Part shown: positions 57,152-64,000 of the stretch, one piece after another
Position numbering within the stretch: position 1 is the stretch's first letter
Layout: each line of letters opens with the position of its first letter
Translations under genes and position numbers: made by a program
The notes under the pieces: model-generated
Seen by the model: the letters and a program-made list of their open reading frames with translations, nothing else
Database searches by the model: none
What the model was told of the DNA's origin: nothing
Assembly: GCA_963796965.1 (NCBI GenBank)
Contig: CAWCNS010000004.1
Span: forward strand, 576,001 to 640,000
From: Calditrichia bacterium
GTDB taxonomy: Bacteria > Calditrichota > Calditrichia > JAJRVZ01
Length of the DNA: 64,000 nt
Direction: 5' to 3'

Positions 57152-57169
57152 AATTGCTCCCCAATAAAC

Positions 57170-58060
57170 TCATTTTGAGTTTGTTAGTTCTTTATATATA
57201 TCCTTTAATTTGGCTTGATCCTCCTCACTTACTACCGGATAATTTAACTTCATTTTTTTCATCGTCCGTACAATTATATCTGCAACAGTCATGCGCATAT
57301 AGGGCTTATTGTCAGCAGGGATGGCATACCATGGTGCCCATGACCGTGAAGTAGCATTTAGACTTTCCTCATATGCTAGCATATAATCGTCCCAATATTT
57401 ACGCTCATGCAAATCGCCTGTAGAAAATTTGTAATTTTTGTGTGGCTCTTCAAGACGGGATAGAAAACGGTTCCGTTGTTCCTCCTTGGAAACATTTAAC
57501 CAAAACTTTAAAATAATTGTGCCATTTTGAGCCAGATGGTTTTCATGATTACGAATGGATTTGTATCGTTCTTGCCACAGCTTGTCTAAATTTGTTTTAT
57601 AGGGAAGTTTCTGAGATTTTAAAAATTCCGGATGCACGCGTACAACCAAAACTTCCTCATAATAACTGCGGTTGAAAATGCCGATGCGCCCCCGCTCCGG
57701 AAGTCTTTGAGTCGTTCGCCATAAAAAATCATGATCTAATTCTTGGGCGGAGGGTTGTTTGAAAGAAAACACCTGACAGCCGGCTGGATTAATACCACTC
57801 ATAACTGCCCGGATGGTGCTGTCTTTTCCAGCCGCATCTATCGCCTGAAAAATCAGTAAAAGGGCATATTTATCGTCGGCAAACAAGGTGTTTTGTAGTT
57901 CATCCATTTCATTTATCAGTTTTTTTAACTTTTTCTTGTTCGCTTTTTTTTCTGTGTTTTTTTGAGGTGGAGTAGTCGGAGCATCAGAATATTTGAATGA
58001 ACCATCAAATGGTACCAAATAGGGACTGGTTAAGGCTTTTAACATAAATTTTCCTTTCAT
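57170..58060 (-). CDS. ppk2: Polyphosphate kinase 2 family protein
   Basis: QAIDAAGKD (Walker A), HDFLWR, FNRSYYE, APWYAIPADNK. Confidence 0.95.
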   Translation of the reverse strand: MKGKFMLKALTSPYLVPFDGSFKYSDAPTTPPQKNTEKKANKKKLKKLINEMDELQNTLFADDKYALLLIFQAIDAAGKDSTIRAVMSGINPAGCQVFSFKQPSAQELDHDFLWRTTQRLPERGRIGIFNRSYYEEVLVVRVHPEFLKSQKLPYKTNLDKLWQERYKSIRNHENHLAQNGTIILKFWLNVSKEEQRNRFLSRLEEPHKNYKFSTGDLHERKYWDDYMLAYEESLNATSRSWAPWYAIPADNKPYMRMTVADIIVRTMKKMKLNYPVVSEEDQAKLKDIYKELTNSK

Positions 58061-58082
58061 GATAGATCCAGACTTAAGAATA

Positions 58083-58267
58083 AATTGAGAATTGATGTTT
58101 GAAATTCGGTGATCATAATTGGGAATTGGGAATTGAAAAATGGCTTGCTCGGATAAAGGAGTAGATCAATATATGAAGACAAATTCCAAATTACCAATTA
58201 CAAAGTGTATCCCAGATCAGGTATCGCAGATCGCAAATCGCCTAACCCCAATCCCCTATCCCTAAAC
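58083..58267. repeat. Stacked heptamer arrays in opposed orientation, family C
   Basis: aattgag aattgat ... aattggg aattggg aattgaa; caaattc caaatta ccaatta; cagatcg caaatcg cctaacc ccaatcc cctatcc. Confidence 0.75.
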
Positions 58268-58908
58268 ACACTATGGCAGCATAACACCGGTAGCCGTGCC
58301 AACTAAACCGGATGCAATTCCTGCCATATCAATAAAACGGGAGCGTTGAATACAGAACAGGATGATAAAATTGTTGCTGTCAAACAATATATACCTATCT
58401 GTCATAAAAGTTAAGACATTTTTTAAGTCAAATTTAAATACGGAATATCAGACATTAAATTTCTATGATGCTTATTAATGTAAAGGAGAAATTCATATTA
58501 CTACAACGCATAGATTTTATTTGTCTGTGGCTATAAACGATAAAAGATAAGAGTGAAAATTCAGAAAAGCAACGATCTGTCAATTTTGCACTATCCAAAT
58601 CAGAGTGCATCAATAGTATGGGTATATCTTTTCAGTACTTAAAAAGACCTATGTAACTTGGGGTAAGTTATATCCTGTAAATTATGGATAAATTCTTTAG
58701 TGCGCCATTGAATTAATTTTCATTCCCTGTTTATATTTACTTTTACCGAATAAATTAAGAACTTACCAAAAGTAGGTTGAATAATCCATAATGCTTAGTA
58801 ATCGTGGAATATTAGAATCGTCAAATTCGCACATGCTGAAAGTGATTCTACTCCTCAGATTATGCATATGAGCCTCAGTGCTTTTTTTTAATAAAAGGAA
58901 TACTTAGA

Positions 58909-59496
58909 GTGGGTAGTCTTATCCCTGTTCCATCTCACATAAAAGGCTTAATCTTTGACTGTGATGGTACACTTGTTGATTCCATGCCTATGCATATGCA
59001 TGCCTGGCATAAGGCATTTCAACAGACTACGAACGAATATGATCATGATCTGCTATATTCCTTAAAAGGAATGAAGGAAACCGATGTTATTATCACATAT
59101 AATCAGCATCATGGAACCACTCTAGACCCGGAGGAAATGGTTCGAATTAAACATACCTTTTTGATACTGGATATTCCCAATGTAAAACCAATAGATATAG
59201 TTGTAAATATTGTCCGGAAATATCATGGCAAATTACCTCTGGCTGTGGTATCAGGTAGTCCTAAAAAAATAGTATATCCTGAACTTGAGGCAATCGGAAT
59301 TTTAAATTTATTTGACACTATTTTGACTGCTGATGACCCTTATAAGCCAAAACCCGCACCGGATATATTTCTTGAGGCAGCCAAACGAATTGGAATCAAA
59401 CCAGAGTGGTGCCAGGTGTTTGAAGATGGGGATCCAGGTTTGGAATCGGCACGAAATGCGGGGATGGTGGCTACAGACATCCGGCACTATCTTTGA
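58909..59496 (+). CDS. HAD-family sugar phosphatase (YqaB/beta-PGM-like)
   Basis: FDCDGTLVDS, KPAPD, FEDG. Confidence 0.9.
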   Translation: MGSLIPVPSHIKGLIFDCDGTLVDSMPMHMHAWHKAFQQTTNEYDHDLLYSLKGMKETDVIITYNQHHGTTLDPEEMVRIKHTFLILDIPNVKPIDIVVNIVRKYHGKLPLAVVSGSPKKIVYPELEAIGILNLFDTILTADDPYKPKPAPDIFLEAAKRIGIKPEWCQVFEDGDPGLESARNAGMVATDIRHYL

Positions 59497-59578
59497 TTTA
59501 TGAAGATTTGATTTTTTCAAGTAGAGGAACAATGCAACATATGAAAAAAGACAAAAGAAAAAAGAAAAAGGAAAAATC

Positions 59579-62005
59579 ATGAAGTGGACCCTTTTCATAT
59601 CATTCGTAGTAGTTTTGAATCTTTCTGCGGCGGACCGTATGGTTGATTTTACAAATGTCGTTATTGTTACACCTGAAAAAGTAAGTAATTTAGAACAGAA
59701 AGCAATTCAGGTTCTTCAAGAAGAGGTTGAAAAACGAACAGGAATTGTGATAAAAAGGGTTGATAAACTGCCCGAGCAGTCGGGATCAGCTATTGTAGTG
59801 GGACTTCGTGAGACTTTGAAAGAATTGGGTGTACCAATAAGTGGATTAGTGAGTGATGATCAAGCCGACCAAAGTGAGGGATTTCAATTGGTTATCACGG
59901 ATCCCTCAAAGCCCCTGATTATCATAGCGGGAAATGATTCTCGTGGTGTTTTTTATGGTATTGGAAAACTTTTGCGTTTATTAGAATTAAGAAAAAATTC
60001 TATTCTTGCTCCTGGAAACAAAAATATAATCACAGCACCCGAATATCCCATCCGTGGTCATCAATTAGGTTACCGGCCAAAAACGAATGCTTATGATGCC
60101 TGGGATGTAAACCAGTTTGATCAATATATCCGCGAATTAGCAATTTTTGGAGCCAATAGTATTGAAATAATGCCTCCCCGTACGGACGATGATCTTGTCA
60201 GTGTACATATGCCCATACCACCGATGGAAATGATGATCAAACAAGCAGAGATATGCGATGATTATGATCTGGATGTATGGATCTGGTATCCGAATATGGG
60301 TAGTGATTATACAGATCCCGATTCCATTGCTTTTGAATTAAAAGAAAGAGATGACGTATTCAGTCAATTGAAGAGAGTGGATGTGGTTTTTGTCCCTGGT
60401 GGAGATCCGGGAGATTTACATCCGGATATATTATTCGACTGGTTGAAGAAAGTTGCTGTGGTTCTTCATAAATATCATCCCCAGGCAAAAATTTGGGTTT
60501 CTCCCCAGGCATTTCGCCCGGTAAAATCATGGCTCGATTCATTTTATGGTAATGTCAATAAGAAATACGATTGGTTTGGTGGGGTCGTTTTTGGTCCCTG
60601 GGTTAAATCAACCCTAAAGGAAATACGCCGAATAGTGGATGCTTCAATCCCAATTCGCCGCTATCCTGATATAACTCATAGTATCAGCTCACAGTATCCT
60701 GTACGTAACTGGGATTTGGCCTATGCCATGACCCATGGTCGGGAATGCTACAATATGCGTCCCGAGGCTGAGAAAGCAATCCATAATTCGTTAGATCAAT
60801 ATGCTGATGGTAGTTTGAGTTATTCAGAGGGTATTAATGATGATGTTAACAAGTTTGTTTGGAGCGGGCAGGACTGGGATCCGGACACGCCTGTTATAGA
60901 AACGTTGCGTGAATATTGTGGGTTGTTTGTTCATCCGGATTTGGCAGATGATATGGCAAAAGGTATTCTTGCCCTGGAACAAAATTGGGAAGGCCCCCTA
61001 CTGAATAATAAGAATGTTGAAAATGTTCTGCGCCAATGGGAGGATATGGAAAAAAATATTTTAGTGGATAATTCAAATAACTATCGCTTTCAAATGGGTC
61101 TGCTTCGGGCTTATTATGATGCCTATATCAAAGTGAGGTTAATTCATGAGAGCGATCTTGAGATGAGAGCGAGATTACTCCTGGAACAGGCTGAGAAAAT
61201 TGGAAGTGATAACGTATTAAATGAGGCTGAGAAAATTTTAAAGCAGAAGACGGCAAATCCGGTGGGCATAGCATATAAAGAAAAATGCTGGCAGATAACC
61301 GATTATCTTTTCGAAAGGATTGGATCACAGACCTCAGTGAAAAAATACAAAGCACATTCTGGACGGGGTGATTTTATGGATTATATTGATATTCCACTTA
61401 ATGATGCCGTTTGGCTGATGTGGAATTTTGAAAAGATTCGAAATCTACCAAATGAAGCAGATAAATTAACTGCAATCCATGATTTGTCAAATCGAACCAA
61501 TCCGGGCCCGGGGGGGTATTACGATAACTTTGGTGATAATGATCGTACACAACAAATGATTGATTATCCTTCATGGCAGGATGATCCGGGTAGTCTGTCT
61601 TCACCGCGGATCAGTTTTGGTGTGGGGTTACAGGGTGAAGAATGGATCCATACGGTTGAGGCCAAGGGGTTTGATGGCAGGGCTACCCCCCTGGCATGGA
61701 TGAATCAAATAACCACGTTGTATGAAACGCCCCTGTCACTGGTTTATAAAGATCTTGATCCCTCAGCACAGTATTCACTAAAGGTTGCTTATACAGGACG
61801 TTTCAGAGCGAAAATCCAATTGATAGCAGACGAGGTTCATCAACTTCATGAATTATTTAAAACCGGAAGAAAGCCTATTATGACCTTTGATATTCCCATC
61901 GAGGCGACCAAAGACGGACAGTTAAAACTTACCTGGACTTGTGGTGAAGGGGAACGGGGCGCCCAGGTGGCGGAGGTATGGTTGGTAAAAGGTGGCCTGG
62001 ATTAA
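59579..62005 (+). CDS. Secreted hypothetical glycoside hydrolase with a GH20/GH67-like N-terminal domain
   Basis: Signal peptide; EGFQL...IIAGNDSRGVFYGIG...PEYPIRG; catalytic-like region RPKTNAYD, PGGDPG, YSEGINDD. Confidence 0.6.
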   Translation: MKWTLFISFVVVLNLSAADRMVDFTNVVIVTPEKVSNLEQKAIQVLQEEVEKRTGIVIKRVDKLPEQSGSAIVVGLRETLKELGVPISGLVSDDQADQSEGFQLVITDPSKPLIIIAGNDSRGVFYGIGKLLRLLELRKNSILAPGNKNIITAPEYPIRGHQLGYRPKTNAYDAWDVNQFDQYIRELAIFGANSIEIMPPRTDDDLVSVHMPIPPMEMMIKQAEICDDYDLDVWIWYPNMGSDYTDPDSIAFELKERDDVFSQLKRVDVVFVPGGDPGDLHPDILFDWLKKVAVVLHKYHPQAKIWVSPQAFRPVKSWLDSFYGNVNKKYDWFGGVVFGPWVKSTLKEIRRIVDASIPIRRYPDITHSISSQYPVRNWDLAYAMTHGRECYNMRPEAEKAIHNSLDQYADGSLSYSEGINDDVNKFVWSGQDWDPDTPVIETLREYCGLFVHPDLADDMAKGILALEQNWEGPLLNNKNVENVLRQWEDMEKNILVDNSNNYRFQMGLLRAYYDAYIKVRLIHESDLEMRARLLLEQAEKIGSDNVLNEAEKILKQKTANPVGIAYKEKCWQITDYLFERIGSQTSVKKYKAHSGRGDFMDYIDIPLNDAVWLMWNFEKIRNLPNEADKLTAIHDLSNRTNPGPGGYYDNFGDNDRTQQMIDYPSWQDDPGSLSSPRISFGVGLQGEEWIHTVEAKGFDGRATPLAWMNQITTLYETPLSLVYKDLDPSAQYSLKVAYTGRFRAKIQLIADEVHQLHELFKTGRKPIMTFDIPIEATKDGQLKLTWTCGEGERGAQVAEVWLVKGGLD

Positions 62006-62030
62006 CCCAATAGGCAGATAAAATATTTAT

Positions 62031-62207
62031 CCACGAATTATCCGTCTTCGTCGGATCAGGCAAAGACTGACAAAAATTATTACGAATTTCACGAAATTAT
62101 TAAATGAAAAATATAATTTGAAAAATTCAATGTATAAGTGTTTATTAGAGAATAAGAATATAAAAACACTTTGCGAACTTTGCGCCTTTTTTGCGTCTCT
62201 GTGTTTA
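62031..62207. repeat. Family B arm carrying the 30-nt insert, plus a family A right arm
   Basis: ccacgaatta[tccgtcttcgtcggatcaggcaaagactga]caaaaatt...tcacgaaatt; ctttgcgaactttgcgccttttttgcgtctctgtgttta. Confidence 0.8.
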
Positions 62208-62263
62208 GAGAGATTCGAATAATTACTAAAAAGAATTCCCAATTAATAAGGAGGGTAGTGGCG

Positions 62264-64000
62264 ATGAAAAACTTTCATGGTAAAATCCTTTGCTGTTTTC
62301 TAATGTTATTAGTATCATCACCGTTTTATTATTTGGTCAGAATGAAGACTTGTCTGTATTGAAAAACTGGTATAAATATACAGACAAAGAAAATGCTCTC
62401 TATCATCATATGGCTGCTGAGGCTCACCAATACCTGCAAAAAAGAGCACAAACCATCTCACAACTTTCATCAAAGTCTGAGTGGCAAAAACGGCAAAAGT
62501 TTGTTAGTGAGAAGTTTATGGATATTGTGGGTCCGTTTCCTGAAAAAACGCCACTAAATCCGAAAATTGTTGAAATCCTGGATAAAGATGGATATAAAAT
62601 GGAAAAACTCTATTTTGAGTCCCAACCAGGATTTTATGTAACAGCCGCTTTGTTTATCCCCGACAATTTGAAAGGGAAAACGCCTGCTGTCATTTACTGC
62701 AGTGGACATAGTCATATTGCATTCCGGAGCATGGCTTATCAGAGAGTAATATTAAATTTGGTTAAAAAAGGATTTATTGTTTTTGCCTTTGATCCGGTAA
62801 GTCAGGGTGAGCGCTGGCAATATTTTGATCCGGATTTTGGAAAATCAAAGATAGGTGGATCAACTGCGGAGCATTCCTATGTGGGTGCCCAATGTTTCTT
62901 AAATGGTAGCTCACAGGCCCGCTATATGATTTGGGATGGGATAAGAGCAGTTGATTATTTACTAACCAGAGATGAGGTGGATGGCAACCGCATCGGCATA
63001 ACCGGGCGATCTGGCGGGGGTACACAATCTTCCTATATAGCAGCGATGGATGAGCGCATTCTGGCTGTTGCTCCGGAATGCTATATCTCTGGTGTTCGGC
63101 GATTGCTTGAATCTATAGGTCCTCAGGATGCAGAACAGAATTTTTACCATGGTTTAGCAAACGGTATTGATCATGCAGATCTATTGGAAGTAAGAGCGCC
63201 AAAGCCGGCTTTGTTGATTACGACGACGCGTGATTTTTTCAGTATTCAGGGGGCCAGAGAGACAGCTAACGAAATAAGGGCTGTCTATCAAGCATACGAA
63301 AAGTTAGAAAATTTTAAAATGATTGAAGATGATGATGTACATAACTCTACTAAAGCAAACCGGGAGAGGATGTATGCATTTTTTCAAAAATATCTAAATC
63401 TGCCTGGTAACTCCAAAGATGAAGAAGTGTCTTATCTGAGCCGTGAAGAGTTACAGGTGACCAGAACTGGCCAGGTGATGACGGATTTGGGAGGAGAAAC
63501 AATCTTTAGCCTTAATCTAAAAGAAGTTGACAATAATCTTAATAATCTTAAAATGAATCGTGAAAATTCCGCATGGAAACCTGAGGATGTGATAGCTATT
63601 GCAGAAAAACTAAGTGGGTATCGCAGACCAGGTCCAAACAAAGAAGTCGCCTTTTCCGGACAATATCAGCGTCTTGGATATCGTATCGAAAAACATTTTA
63701 TAGAGGGTGAAGGAAATTATCCCGTTCCTTTTTTGGTAGCAAAACCTGATGGTCCAGGACCGTTTCCGGTAATCCTTTATCTCCATGATGAGGAGAAAGA
63801 TAAAGAGGCCCGACCGGGTGGGGAAATTGAATGGTTTGTTAAGAAAGGGTATATGGTTATTGCACCTGATATGCTAGGCAGAGGAGAAATCGGACCAGAA
63901 CGATTCCGGGGTGATTCATATAATTTTGGTCCAGGAGGGAGCAAGACTTCTTACAATATTTGGTTTCTGTCAATTCATATCGCCCGCAGTATTACTGGAA
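62264..64000 (+). CDS. Acetylxylan esterase-like alpha/beta hydrolase with two domains; frameshift near 62330; runs off the window end (missing from the ORF track)
   Basis: RBS aggagg, ATG 62264, signal peptide. Hand translation gives FESQPGFYVTA, CSGHS, DPVSQGER, GITGRSGGG (GxSxG) and DAEQN. Confidence 0.85.

Noticed and set aside
4297..62207. CRISPR array interpretation of the repeats
   Set aside because: There is no run of identical direct repeats with unique, equal-length spacers, and no cas genes.
9318..62242. Short ORFs and N-terminal extensions at 5815, 9318, 18692, 19139, 33238, 41970, 45407, 47151, 62027 and 62171
   Set aside because: They translate repeat arms (e.g. LCAFFASLR, MCNSW) or are antisense shadows. 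Where they extend real genes, more plausible starts lie downstream.
700..62340. Mass pseudogenisation or programmed frameshifting (about 25-30 frameshifts)
   Set aside because: The breaks are single-base indels that hit all gene classes, show no shared slippery motif, and leave catalytic motifs intact without accumulated in-frame stops. This pattern fits unpolished long-read error; read mapping would settle it.

Overview
Low-to-moderate GC bacterial DNA. Every recognisable gene is on the + strand except ppk2. Positions 1-50.2 kb and 58.9-64 kb form a long co-oriented glycan-degradation and sugar-catabolism tract: GH51, two GH3 (one fused to DUF4434), GH92, two GH106-like enzymes, a GxGYxYP protein, sulfatase, phosphoesterases, AGE epimerase, MFS sugar porter, Zn-ADH/SDR/UlaG-like lactonase, two Tat-exported Gfo/Idh/MocA enzymes, an acetylxylan-esterase-like protein and several unclassified secreted proteins. 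Positions 50.6-58.1 kb hold a stress/envelope block (mscL, DUF4332, BON-LysM, DUF937, htpX, HerA-like ATPase, dodecin, ppk2). Roughly 25-30 single-base frameshifts split otherwise intact genes and are most likely long-read errors. The most unusual signal is non-coding. Almost every spacer in the glycan tract carries small palindromic or tandem-repeat elements from at least five families, often nested inside each other. These include 20-30 nt hairpin inserts that recur inside host repeats. A REP-associated tyrosine transposase (RAYT) carrying its own palindrome lies at 13.9-14.5 kb. No rRNA, tRNA or CRISPR array was seen. All family calls come from reading motifs by eye, not from database searches.
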